Shown: positions 11,501 through 23,713, counted from the stretch's first letter. The stretch: 64,000 nucleotides of DNA from Macrostomum hystrix (GCA_950097015.1 CATNEN010000024.1:1364001-1428000), one strand, 5' to 3'. Numbers and translations: made by a program. The notes: a model not told the origin generated them from the letters alone.

Positions 11501-12656
11501 GTCGGCCAATCAGCGTGGCGAAGACAGTGCGGCCGCACACGTCGATGCCAGCTTGGCCAACGTAGCCGTGCATTAGGCGCAACTGCCAATAGGGCGACAG
11601 TCGGTCAGTGCGCCAGGCCAGGTTCCAGCACCATTTCAGGCCAAGCTGATCCGGGCTGTAGCGCTCAGGCAGAGAGCTGATAGGCTCGGAGCAGGCTGAG
11701 AAGTTATGCTGCACAGTGTGCATTAGATCGTAGGTGTGGCAGTAGTAGAAATTGCTGGCCAGGTCAACCTTGATGCAAAAACATTGTGCGGACTCAAAAT
11801 CTCATTGTCTAAACAATATCCTTGACCATATGCGAGTACACAGAGCAGATAGGGAGCTGATGCTTCGTTTATAGAAAACCCACCTAGATCTGCCTGTTGA
11901 TGAGGAAGTCAAGCAGGTGTACAGAAATCATCTTACACACTCGGAATATGGGCTTGTATTTGTTTGCATCCCTTGAATGCTTATTTTAGGTAGTCCGAGG
12001 TTCTTATCTGCTATCGATACTGTGAACAATGTACATGCACTTGTGTGGGGGTCAGTCAGGTAGCCAAGTTTACTACTCAAGTCTAGTCGACTTCGCTTTA
12101 CCTGGCCAAACTGTCGCACATAACGCTGCTCCTCAGTCGACTGAGGTCGGCCGGTCGGATGTAAGCAGACCAATTTGGCCTCTTCAATCCGATGGATAGT
12201 GTGCTCGCACAATTGCGCTACTGGTGATGCGCGTGTGACTAAAGCCAGATAGTAGCCTTCGGTGAACCGGACAAATCCCAGGATGCCGCAGGCGGTGATG
12301 CACTTCTCAGGCAGAGGGGAACTCTTTCTCTGCTGCTGCTCCTTCGGCTGCTGCTGCCTGGCCTGCTCTGAGGCCACTGACTGGGCATTCTGCACAGCGC
12401 AGAAGCACTGCAAGAATTTGTGTATCTCCGACAATGAATACTCGTAGCTATCCTCAAACAGATTCAATTCATCAGCCTTATCGCTGCGCGAGATTTTAAA
12501 TAGACGAAACTGAGTCTGCGCCTGGTCGCTGCCTATTACATAAAAGTGCGAAGTTGTCTCGTAGACTGAGAACAGCTCAAGGCTGCGCCACTGCTGCTGG
12601 ATCATGAGCGAAGGCGAAGAGTCGGCCTTGGCCTGGAGTATTGAAGTCGGAATCAT
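8013..12656 (-). CDS. FIG4: FIG4/SAC3 phosphoinositide 5-phosphatase, 5 exons: complement(join(8013..9119,9213..9390,9677..10120,11221..11768,12102..12656)), ~943 aa
   Basis: SAC catalytic motif RTNCVDCLDRTN. FIG4-diagnostic segments YETTSHFYVIGS, VDLASNFYYCHTYDL, FVQVRGSVPAVWSQD, YEDHGDALALQYGGSQLVH and AISLFLGVFRP..LHLWEL. All four introns are GT-AG with matching phases (0,2,2,0). Confidence 0.93.
10246..11042. repeat. 30-bp minisatellite (GATGAGCCATTCAACTCATACGGGTCTGTA)n, ~26 units, in the FIG4 intron 10121..11220
   Basis: Tandem units read directly. A unit length divisible by 3 explains the long ORFs on both strands. Confidence 0.97.
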
Positions 12657-12770
12657 CAAACCAAAGCTTTACATAGGCTCTAGTTGTACCTACGATCGTA
12701 AATAGACTAATTACTAACTGTGAAGCAACTATTGGCAATCTGCCCGCCCATCCAGCCTGCAAGTGGAGCT

Positions 12771-12862
12771 TGTAGTCCATTGGTTAGAACTTAGGACTTC
12801 TGCCTGAGAGGTCCGGAGTTCGAATTTTATCCCTCAGACAAATTGTGTCATTGAGCAAGACA
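12771..12862 (+). mobile_element. tRNA-derived SINE (head plus conserved core)
   Basis: tagtccattggttagaac...ggagttcgaat (A/B boxes) followed by ttgtgtcattgagcaagaca, similar to the CORE-type SINE central motif. Confidence 0.6.
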
Positions 12863-13384
12863 ATTGCTGGCATGGGGGTACCAGCTTAGCTATCGTAGAT
12901 ATTTAAGTGGGTTTAGCGGCCTTTACAGTCAAAGTATTGGTTCAGTCGCAATAGCTGCACATAGCTGGTCCAATAGGTCTAGGCGTAATTTTTTTCTTTC
13001 TTCTCATACACACACTAAGGGACAACAAGTAGGAATCTGCAGCTAGATGAAGGGAATTTATAAAATAGACCCATGCGTTGCCCATACAGATACAGAAAGA
13101 CTCATACAGAAAGCAACTATGATAAGGCTCAACTGTATCTAGCAGTCAAATGTGGCTAAAAATCAACCAACTAGCTGACTGTAGAAAAAAATGAAATAAG
13201 CAAAACCAGATAATAGCACAGATTTCTTTGATCCAGAAAATCAACTCGGCAGTAATCAATTTCAATTGTTTGGCTTCTATTTCATTCGACACTTAAAGAG
13301 GAAAGTGCAGCAAGTTCCAGCCAAAAAACACAGCAACTCCACCTAATGCACCAATAACAGTCTCTAGAGACAGCTATCCCATAT

Positions 13385-13741
13385 TTAGCCGAACAGGTCG
13401 AAGCCCATGTCGTCCTCAGAGCCGGACTCCGGCTCTGGCTCCTTAGCCTTGCCCTTGCCCGCTGCCGGTGCTTCGGCTGCAGCGGCGGTGGCGGGAGCTG
13501 CGGCGGCGGCAGGTGCAGCGGCCGGGGCGGCGCCAACGGAGGAGCCAACGCTGGTCAGGAGCTCCTTGACCTTCAAGCCGCTGAGCGCCCTGGCGAACAT
13601 GTTCGGCCAGAAGGGCTCAACGCTCACGCCGGCGGCCTTCAGGATGGCGGAGATCTTGTCGCCAGTTACTTCAACATCATCGTCAGCCAGGATGAGAGCC
13701 GCATAGGTGCATGCCATCTCGCTCAGGTTCTCAGCGGCCAT
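13385..13741 (-). CDS. RPLP1: 60S acidic ribosomal protein P1, copy B
   Basis: ACTYAALILADDDVEVTGDKISAILKAAGVSVEPFWPNMFARAL, an Ala-rich hinge and the acidic tail ESGSEDDMGFDLFG. Acceptor TTTTTCAG 22 nt upstream of the ATG. Confidence 0.96.
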   Translation of the reverse strand: MAAENLSEMACTYAALILADDDVEVTGDKISAILKAAGVSVEPFWPNMFARALSGLKVKELLTSVGSSVGAAPAAAPAAAAAPATAAAAEAPAAGKGKAKEPEPESGSEDDMGFDLFG

Positions 13742-14105
13742 TTTGAACTGTGCAGTTCAATAGCTGAAAAACAGTAATAAGAAATTTCTGACACGAAATT
13801 TTGATGGCAACATTTCTTAAAGGCAGGAAGCGGCAAACAGCTGCTTGGATCGCTCCTAAACCAAAAAGCCGCTATGATGTCATGTATAAAAAAGTGTAAT
13901 AAGTTTGCATGATCAGCAGAAACAAAAACTGAAACACAAGCCATACGATTATTCAATCCAAAACTGCCAAGAAGCAGCACTATGCCGCAACGCCATTGAA
14001 AAATAGCGCGCAAACCTTCACTGGCTGTTAACATTTATTTTCAAGGCTACTTGGGGAAGTACTGCGGGTAATTAGCTAAAAGTCGCCAAAAGCCAAACTG
14101 TCTAA

Positions 14106-14462
14106 TTAGCCGAACAGGTCGAAGCCCATGTCGTCCTCAGAGCCGGACTCCGGCTCTGGCTCCTTAGCCTTGCCCTTGCCCGCTGCCGGTGCTTCGGCTG
14201 CAGCGGCAGTGGCGGGAGCTGCGGCGGCAGCAGGTGCAGCGGCCGGGGCGGCGCCAACGGACGAGCCAACGCTGGTCAGGAGCTCCTTGACCTTCAAGCC
14301 GCTGAGCGCCCTGGCGAACATGTTCGGCCAGAAGGGCTCAACGCTCACGCCGGCGGCCTTCAGGATGGCGGAGATCTTGTCGCCAGTTACTTCAACATCA
14401 TCATCAGCCAGGATGAGGGCTGCATAGGTGCAGGCCATCTCGCTCAGGTTCTCAGCGGCCAT
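14106..14462 (-). CDS. RPLP1: 60S acidic ribosomal protein P1, copy A (protein identical to copy B)
   Basis: Same 118-aa translation. Acceptor TTTTCCAG 20 nt upstream of the ATG. Confidence 0.96.
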   Translation of the reverse strand: MAAENLSEMACTYAALILADDDVEVTGDKISAILKAAGVSVEPFWPNMFARALSGLKVKELLTSVGSSVGAAPAAAPAAAAAPATAAAAEAPAAGKGKAKEPEPESGSEDDMGFDLFG

Positions 14463-14599
14463 TACAGGCTTTACTCGATTGGCTGGAAAATGGCAGATAA
14501 GGTTAAAGAAATAAATACCTCAATTAAAAATTATATTGCAAATAAGTAATGATAAAATAGTCTAAAATAAGGTGCATCAAATTTGTATCTTAAAAAATC

Positions 14600-15950
14600 T
14601 TATCTTAAAAAACTGACGTCCTTTCACCTATCTTGACTAGCTGGCGGGACTGCACCGCAAGCGAGATGAAAAAGCTAATCGGCATGCACCTGTACATGGG
14701 CCTGAACAAAAAGTCCGAGCTACATGACTACTGGAGCACAGATGATTTTCACTGCATACCATACTTTCAGAAGCCCGAGGCGTTAGCTCGCGATAGATTC
14801 AAGCAGCTGCTGACATTTCTGCGCTTCTACAACAGCAGGGAAGAAGCAAGCGCAGATCCACTACTCAAGATTCGTCCATTTATGAATATGCTGAAAGTTT
14901 ATTGCAAGAACAACTACCGGCCTGAGTGTGAAGCTTGAGCATTGACGAGTCCTTGATACTGTTCAAAGGCTGACTTCGTTTTAAACAGTACATTCCAACA
15001 AAGCGGGCGAAGTCCGGAATGAAGATGTACTGTCTGGGTGAGTCCTAGTTTGCTTATCTTTTCAATTTCATAGTGCACTTAACTCCAGAAGAAAATCGGA
15101 AGTTTGGCTCCAAACAGGACTGTGTAAATCTTTCTCTCAGCGAGCGAATTGTAGCTGAGCTGGCCAATGACATTCTAGACCAAGGGTACAGAATATTTAC
15201 CGACACCTGGTTTACATCATACAGGTTATCCCAGTTCCTTATTGACCATTCAATGTTCCTGACGGGCACTGTGAGGCCAGACCGAGGAGTTCCGGCTCAG
15301 CTTTGGTAGGCTGTTGTGGTTCCGAATAATGTAGCTTTTGTGAGGAAGAGACGAGTTCTAATTGTGAAGGCTGTCGAGAGAAAGCAGGGTGGAGTCAAGA
15401 CTGTGTATTTGCTGGACACGAAGGATGTTGTGTCAAAGGCCGAGAAAGTCAAGATCAATTGAGCTAGACAACATGTGGCAATGCAGAAGAGCCGCAGTGT
15501 CTTAACTTACAATCGATGCATAGGTGGTGTAGACAAGATAGATGGCACCCTGCAGCCTTCTGACGCCAGCAGAAAAACAACAAAATGGTTCCAGCTGGGC
15601 TTGCATATGTGCCTTCAAATGGTGCACAATGCTTGGGTTCTGTACTCCAAGTGTGGTGGCCAGAATACCTTCATCAAATATCTCGAAGCCAGCATCCGCG
15701 AGTTGGTAGAGCGAACTGGAAATGGCAGGAAGCAACCGGCTTCCATGCTGCACACAGTTGTAGTCGTTGAGCAGCATTTTCCGGAGAAAAACCCAGGTCA
15801 TCCTGCCCAGCCCAGACCTAAGAAAATGTGCAGAGTTTGCTACAGTTCTGCCAGGTCCTGGCGCATAATTTATTTCTGCAGCTGATGTCCAGGATGCCCG
15901 GGACTTTGTTTGTTCAATTGCTTCCAACATTATATTCGCAGCGTTGAAGT
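14600..15950 (+). mobile_element. Degenerate, 5'-truncated piggyBac (PGBD-type) transposase
   Basis: YMGL..K.ELHDYWST, RDRFKQLLTFLRF, SIDESLILFKG*, DTWFTSY (2nd catalytic D), YNRCIGGVDKID (3rd D) and a C-terminal Cys-rich CRVC...FCS*CPGCPGLC. Several stops and frameshifts; no intact TIRs found. Confidence 0.9.
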
Positions 15951-16539
15951 ATTAACAGAATGGACCAGCTTAACACTCAAACTGACTTAAGTTTTCTGTT
16001 TTTTGGCTCTTGTCTTTAGCTCAAATTTGTTAATTACTCATAGTTATTTATTCTAGTTTAGCTAGTTATAGTTTCTGCAGTGTACCAGTCATACCCTCTG
16101 TATGCACTGGTAAGTTAGATTGGACAGATGTATCTGCTGTTTCTATGCTCTTTTTTGTTCTTTAATTCTTTTTGTAATACTACAAGAAAGTTAAGATATT
16201 GGCATTCAAATTAATCAGAGCCTTCTTGAATAAAATAGAATGTTTGAACTAAAAGCTATAAAGGATATGTACAAATGACAGATAATTAAGAATGTACAAT
16301 TCAAAATTTATGCTTGTCAGAAAAAATCTCGAATAAGCTGTGTTCACGGTAAGCTGTGCTTAACACTGCCAGCAAGAACCAATAGAATCTATTTAGCCAT
16401 AGAATTTGATCTACTCAAGCCAGCAGGAAGTAAAATTAGGCCATGGTAAGCATTGCTTACTATCAGTCTTCTTGTGGTTAAGACCTAAATGTTAATCAAT
16501 CTCTTTGGTCTAATTTTAACATACACATATTTTCAGATT

Positions 16540-16980
16540 TTTTCTTCTTCTCTTTTCCTTTTTCTTTCTAATTAAATTTATGCTGATTTATTTCTATTTA
16601 ACTTAAACTGTTTTTTTAACTTAAACTTCTTCTTTCTCTTTTCTACTTTCTCTTTTCTCATTCTCTTTTTCCTTTCTTCTTTCCCTTTGACTTTCTTTTC
16701 TTTTTCTTATACTCTCTGTTTTTTCTCTTTCTTTTTTCTCCCTTTGCTTATATTCTTTTCTCTCTCTGCTTTTCTTATCATTTTCTTCTTCTCTACAATT
16801 TTCTTCTCCTTTAATCTCTAACTTTCTTTCTCTTTTACTCTTTCTGCCTTTCTTCTTTTTTACTTTCCCTCTGGTTTCTTAACTTTTTCTTTCTCTGTAT
16901 CCTCTACTGTTTTTCTTTTCTTTTTCTGCTACTGTGATGAATTTTTTTCTCTTTTCTCTCAATGCTATTCTTCTCTTTTG
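16540..16980. repeat. ~440-bp pyrimidine-rich (C/T) low-complexity tract
   Basis: Plus strand is almost entirely T and C with no clear period. Confidence 0.85.
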
Positions 16981-18552
16981 AGGGAAAACAAGGTCACAAA
17001 GACTGACTTAGTCATAAATAGGGAAAAAATTTTATAGCTCCACAAGTGACGAAGTCTGCTAATTTTTAAAATATTGTAGACTGTTCTTTAGTGCCTTTTA
17101 GCAGACTTCCCACTAGGTGTCAATTTCCCCAATGCTAGAAAATTTTGTCAATATGCTATGATTTCATCTTAATGTTCAATCAGATGTTGAATCAATGCAC
17201 ATTCTGCAGCTTTGATGCAAATGTAACTTTATATTCATAGTATTCAAAAAATCAATTAGACCTCTAATTGATTATTTATTTATTGATCATTTGTTGACCT
17301 CAATGTGGCTTTGGATAATCTTACAGCAGAAAGTCCTGCTTGCAGCAGGACGTCCTGACAAAGTCCCTGTTGTCAGAAAATCCTGAAAAAATTTGAAGAC
17401 TTAGTTACTGAAAAACACCAACCATAAAGAGTTTTAGCGCAATATTATCAGCGACAGATAAAAAACAAAAAATTAACAACTACAATAGGAAAAAAGAAAT
17501 TAAGCTGCTGTAATTATTACCAACGACAAGATAGACTATTGTAAAAATATCGCTAATTAGACGAAATCCGATAGGGAAATTTCGTTTGAAAATTAGAACG
17601 CCATGTTACGATAAACAAAAAATGTTTATTAAGTAAAATTTCGCACGAGTGGTACAGAAATATTATTTTACGTTTTTTTAGTTTTTAAGTAATGTTTTAG
17701 TACTATATGTATCATGTGAATTATAATGTTTTTACAGCTACATTTATTTTTAAATGAGTATAGTTTTTGTCGCAATAAATTTTAATCATCGTGGCTTGTT
17801 GTGTCGTCCTGCTTGAATTTTCATGCATCGAGTTTGAATTATAAAGATATTCAAGCTCGAAATCAACATTTTTTCGTTGTTTTTCCTTTCTTGATTTGTG
17901 AAACTTATAATGTAATATAAAGTGTTTACTTTATAATTATTTCCTCTACTACGCCAGTTCATTGCATAGCAAACAAAAAAATCAAATAAATATAAAACAA
18001 ATTGTTTTATATTGACAAATTGTCAATATAAATCACTATGTTCACATACTATAGATTTGGATACTTAAACGACAGGGCTTCTAAAGAACACTTACCAAGC
18101 TTTCCAATCATGTTGTTTAGCATTGTTTAGTAGTCCTTGATATAGTATTATAATTATTCATTACTAGGCCTAATTGTTATTAAATCTACTCTACTTTATT
18201 CAATACCAAACGGTGCTAAAATTTATTGTCTGCTTTATATTAAAAAATGTTAAATCAATCACAATAAATGGAAAGTAACTGGAAACTAAAGGCAAAAATA
18301 GAGGAATAGAACTTATAGAAGAAGAAGTAAAAAAGCAATTTATTTTTTTGTAATCAATTATTTGTTCTTATATTCATATCATCAAATTATTTCTATATTA
18401 TCTATTAGTATGATTACATTATAAGAGCAAATAAGAACAAAAAACTTGTCTTTCTGCCAGTTTTTATTACTTTCTTGCACCATTAGGCATCTTCCACTGT
18501 CTTCTTCAGATATTTCTTGTAAAATTTTCTCCCTAATTGAACTACTTGGAGT

Positions 18553-18845
18553 CATACATGCGCAACACCCGCCGAACTGGCCGGGTGAAATGAGTGCCAA
18601 GCAAGGTAAGTCGCAAAAACCAATCGACCAAGCACAAAAAAAATCAAAGGGGGACCAAGGGACAAAAAAGGAAAGCATGAAGAAAAGGAAAAAAGGGGAG
18701 AGAAAAAGAGAGCAAATAAGAGCAAATTAAGTCATAAATTAATCAATGAAACAAACTAAGTCTCAAATGAGAGCAAACTAAGTTGTAAATAGAGCAAAAA
18801 CTAAGTTGCACAGCCAGCTAAGATTTGGGAGGTTGCGTATGTATG
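18553..18845. mobile_element. hAT-type MITE, copy 1 (293 bp)
   Basis: TIR CATACATGCGCAAC...GTTGCGTATGTATG; 8-bp TSD CTTGGAGT at 18545-18552 and 18846-18853. Confidence 0.9.
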
Positions 18846-19796
18846 CTTGGAGTGTGGACTCCAGCAACATTTTAAGGAAAAATGAACTTTGTTTTCTACT
18901 TCTGTGTAACACTTAGTGTAGATATTATCTTTGTAAGGAATTTTAGGTCTTGTAGCCTATAGTTTTTCCATTATCAATAATTAGCTGTTAATATACTTCA
19001 TTTAATTCCTATAGTCTCTGATATTTTTATTTTTCAGCACTTCATAATTTATTGAGTAGAAATAAATCTGCCCAGAAAAAATGCTATTGTAGAGTGTAGT
19101 AACTTTATTTGTTTATGGGCTTAGCTTTCACAAAACAGTGTTTCGACTGCTAAATTTTTTGCTCAAAGTAAATTCTAGCAAATGGGTGGGTACTGCTTGA
19201 TTTTGTTTTTTAAGTTTAGAACTATTCTCTGCTTCACTTTGTTTTATGCATTGTATGAAATAGATTATGGTTCAGTTAGTTGAGCTCAGTTTTTTAAGCA
19301 TATATGAAAAAATATACTTTCATTTTCTTTTTATTTCTTGTCAATGATTTCAAAGAAATGCTTTTGGTTTGCAATAGACAAGTTGTTATCTGACATTTAA
19401 GAAGCCACATTTGACTTGATATTTAGAGTATGGTAGAACTATATAGGGTTGTACTGCAATTACAAAAGTATATTAAAAGCAAAATTTGTGTCCTTTAACA
19501 AGACACTTAATCAGCATTAGCTGGGATAATTGAAGGTGGGTGTGGCATCCCCCTAGTCCATGGACTTAACAGCTGTATGTAGCCTTTTGATGCACCACAC
19601 ATTAGCTAAGGCTGTGCTGTTGGCTACACATGTGACCCAATTGGGGCAGGTGTAATCAATTATTATTATTATTACTGCAATATAATCAGCAAGAGATAGT
19701 TTCTAAAATAGCATGCTTGATAGTCTTGCTACTACTTTATATAATGAACTATATGGCTTAACTTATTATTTTATGTTTAAGTTTTTTATATAAAGA

Positions 19797-20054
19797 CATA
19801 CATGCTCAACACCCGGCCGAACCGGCCAAGCAAGGTAAGTTGCAAAAACTAATTGACCAAGTGCAAAAAAAAATCAAAGGGGGTAGCAAGGGACAAATAA
19901 GTAAGGCGTGAAGAAAAGGAAAAAGGGGAGAGAAAAAGAGAGCAAATGAGAGCAAACTAAGTCGTAAACAGAGCAATGAAATGAACTAAGTTGCAAATGA
20001 GAGCAAAAACTAAGTTGCACGGCCAGCTAAGATTTTGGAGGTTGCGCATGTATG
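19797..20054. mobile_element. hAT-type MITE, copy 2 (258 bp)
   Basis: TIR CATACATGCTCAAC...GTTGCGCATGTATG; 8-bp TSD TATAAAGA at 19789-19796 and 20055-20062; internal sequence homologous to copy 1. Confidence 0.9.
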
Positions 20055-21330
20055 TATAAAGATTTTATTATATTTATTTGAATAAATCAAAGGTTATTGT
20101 TGTTTTGAGTGCCCTCAATTTCATTTCTAAAGGAGGTAGCTATTAACTGGACTTTGTTGGTCTATGTAAGAGTAAATGGTAAAAGTTTAAGTAATGTCCA
20201 TTATGTAACTCTATGATAACTGGATTGCTGCGAAAATGAATTGCAAAAGGAACTGTTGGTCCTTTGTAAGAGTAGAAACATAAGTCTAAGAATTATAATC
20301 TTTGTTTAACTTTTTGTTCATTGGACTGCTAGAAAAAAAAGTTTGAATACTCAAGACTAATTGTTAGGCCTCTAACTTATTTATCCTAGAAATTTGCTTT
20401 CAGAAATAAGCTTTTTGTTAAAAATGAAATCCTTAAGTTCTAAAAATTCTCAGCTTTCTGAGCAAACTGGAGGCTGTTTGCTTCAACTGCCAAGCCCATT
20501 CTATTCGCACCAGTAGAGTTGGAAACTCATCGGGCAAGCCTGTGCTGCTGCGTGAACTTAATCCCCTCGTTCCAACCCCACCCAGGCCTGTAGCCCGCAC
20601 GCAAATCCTGACCAGCTCCTCTTTGCCTAATCCGGCCTTGTCGCCTTAATCAGTTTGCCCCAACCGTCCGGGTGCTAGTTTTAGAGGATTAAGTTCCGCC
20701 GAATTATCTCCATTTGCATTCTTCACTCTTGGGCACATCCCTTTCCCGCCGCGGTCAAAGTTTTTTTCCTTTCATTCCCCGATTTTCATTTCCTTCAGAT
20801 CGGCTAGTCGGCTTATTACTAGGGCTTTCCCACATTGCTGAAATGCGATATGCCCATTTTACACTGTCTTTTCGACGCCAGTCTATTTATAGAGTTTTTT
20901 GTCGTTCACCTGTTACTTTTATGTTGTTTCTTTATTTTCAGATCATACCTATCTCGATTTTTTCAGAGCTACTCGAATTCGAGGCTGGCTGCGATCGCTG
21001 CTCATCTTTGAATAGCCTCAGTGGTTCTGCCTTTTGTTCCGAAAGCGACTGAAGCAACAGGTGCTTCTGCTAGTTAGTATGTTATTTACTTACTTGAAAA
21101 TTTTAGAAAATCGCGTTTTTTATTGATGAATAATAAGCATTGTTGTATCCATATTCTGCATAATATCACCCTTAAAGATCCAGTGCTATTAGGTCTCTTA
21201 GTTGAATTTTTCTCATATTTATACATTTACGAGTATATACTGCCCCAGTTCAAGTTCACTCAGCTGTAAAATGGGTACCCGCCTAAGCTGTGGTAATAAT
21301 TCGTGTAGGTGTGGTGAGTGGTGACGCTTC

Positions 21331-22161
21331 ATAGCATCTCAGATCCTCAGGCTAGACTGCTTAGCATCTCAGATCCTCAGGCTTGACTGCTTAGCATCTC
21401 AGACCCTCAGGTTTGGCAGCTTAGCATCTCAGACCCTCAGGTTTGGCAGCTTAGCGTCTCAGATCCTCAGGTTCAGCAGCTTAGCATCTCAGACCCTCAG
21501 GTTTGGCAGCTTAGCGTCTCAGATCCTCAGGTTTGGCAGCTTAGCGTCTCAGATCCTCAGGTTCAGCAGCTTAGCGTCTCAGATCCTCAGGTTCAGCAGC
21601 TTAGCATCTCAGATCCTCAGGTTTGGCAGCTTAGCATCTCAGACCCTCAGGTTTGGCAGCTTAGCATCTCAGACCCTCAGGTTTGGCAGCTTAGCATCTC
21701 AGATCCTCAGGTTCAGCAGCTTAGCATCTCAGATCCTCAGGCTTGACTGCTTAGCATCTCAGATCCTCAGGCTTGACTGCTTAGCATCTCAGATCCTCAG
21801 GTTTGGCAGCTTAGCATCTCAGATCCTCAGGTTTGGCAGCTTAGCGTCTCAGATCCTCAGGTTCAGCAGCTTAGCGTCTCAGATCCTCAGGTTTGGCAGC
21901 TTAGCATCTCAGATCCTCAGGTTTGGCAGCTTAGCGTCTCAGATCCTCAGGTTCAGCAGCTTAGCATCTCAGATCCTCAGGTTTGGCAGCTTAGCATCTC
22001 AGATCCTCAGGTTTGGCAGCTTAGCGTCTCAGATCCTCAGGTTCAGCAGCTTAGCGTCTCAGATCCTCAGGTTCAGCAGCTTAGCATCTCAGATCCTCAG
22101 GCTTGACTGCTTAGCATCTCAGATCCTCAGGCTTGACTGCTTAGCATCTCAGATCCTCAGG
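21331..22161. repeat. 30-bp minisatellite (TTAGCATCTCAGATCCTCAGG-variable 7 nt-GC)n, ~27 units
   Basis: Constant part plus three recurring variants: CTTGACT, TTTGGCA and TTCAGCA. Confidence 0.97.
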
Positions 22162-23136
22162 TCGCGCACTCTGGCACACATTGTCATCGGTTGGTCATGT
22201 GGCATCTCTGAACAAGCTCTTCTACTTGATAGTGTGCAGCCTGTGCAGTATAGAGAAATCCCTGACCCAGAAATTCCGCTTTCCAATTCTTCGGTGCTCC
22301 CATGCTATAATGCGGTGAGCACTCCCCTTAGCTTCGTGACCAGGTCCGCCGCAACTTTGCTGGCGTCATGCAAATCAGTGCATTTTCGGCCTCCCCTCCA
22401 GTTTTCACTTCTCCCTAATCACGCTGTGTCCGAGAGATTCCTAATTTTCCCCTACCCAACTGCCCTCATTTCCCTCCGCTCCCCTCTTATGGTAATGGGA
22501 TGGTTGGTTGCATTTGTGTCTCCCAATTTTCTGCTCGGAATATTTTTTCATGGAGTGTGGTTGACGGAAATAATGCATCTGCTGCCGGAGCCTAGCGACT
22601 GTGCACTATTGCGACTATTGCACGGACCGCTTGTTTGCAACTGGTCAAGCTATGTATATATAAATAAATGTTTATATTTGTGTGTATGGATAGCCACCAA
22701 ATCTGAGCAGGAATACTTCAGAAATAATCAACTATCAAGCCAATAAATTGTGAGTCTGTAATCTTGTTTTTTTGGCTGGGATTGAGAGCCATTTCCGTTC
22801 AATGATTCGCCTGTCTGTTCGTACCAGTTCCAGCCCGGTTTTGTTATTAGGGCCTGTTATCATCCAACGATTGACTGACTGCACGCTCGAGTGTTTTTTC
22901 TCTCTCTTGATTTGCGCTTATCTACGAGGTGCCTGTTTCTTATTTGAAGATCTTGTTTGCCAATTGATATTTCTCGCATCGTTTGTTTTAACTGAACGTA
23001 CTGAGCCACATTTAATGCTTATGTTTACTCTAGAGTGTTTAATGGGTAGTCTACTAATATTTAATTGCAATCAGTGCTATTACAACTACTAATCCTCACA
23101 TTTTTTACAGTAATTTCCTGTTACAGTCTAAACTGG

Positions 23137-23713
23137 CCTGTTGGATATTTGCATCACCTGTTAGATATCTGCACCACCTGTTAGATATCTGTATCACCTG
23201 TTAGATATCTGCATCACCTGTTAGATATCTGCATCACCTGTTAGATATCTGCATCACCTGTTAGATATCTGCATCACCTGTTAGATATCTGTATCACCTG
23301 TTAGATATCTGCATCACCTGTTAGATATCTGTATCACCTGTTAGATATCTGCTTCACCTGTTAGATATTTGCATCACCTGTTAGATATCTGCATCACCTG
23401 TTAGATATCTGCATCACCTGTTAGATATCTGCATCACCTGTTAGATATCTGCATCACCTGTTAGATATCTGTATCACCTGTTAGATATCTGCATCACCTG
23501 TTAGATATCTGCATCACCTGTTAGATATCTGCACCACATGTTAGATATCTGCATCACCTGTTAGATATCTGTATCACCTGTTAGATATCTGCATAAACTT
23601 TTAGATATCTGTATCACCTCTTAGATTTTTGTAATACCTGTTCTAAGGATATCTGCATCACCTGTTCTAAGGATATCTGCATCACCTGTTCTAAGGATAT
23701 CTGCATCACCTGT
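23137..23713. repeat. 20-bp minisatellite (CCTGTTAGATATCTGCATCA)n; the last units are a longer variant (CCTGTTCTAAGGATATCTGCATCA)
   Basis: Tandem units read directly. Confidence 0.96.

Noticed and set aside
11928-12101. C-terminal 58 aa of the 243-aa ORF (VKRSRLDL...)
   Set aside because: Read-through into the intron after the CAG|GTAAAG donor; FIG4 homology resumes at 11768.
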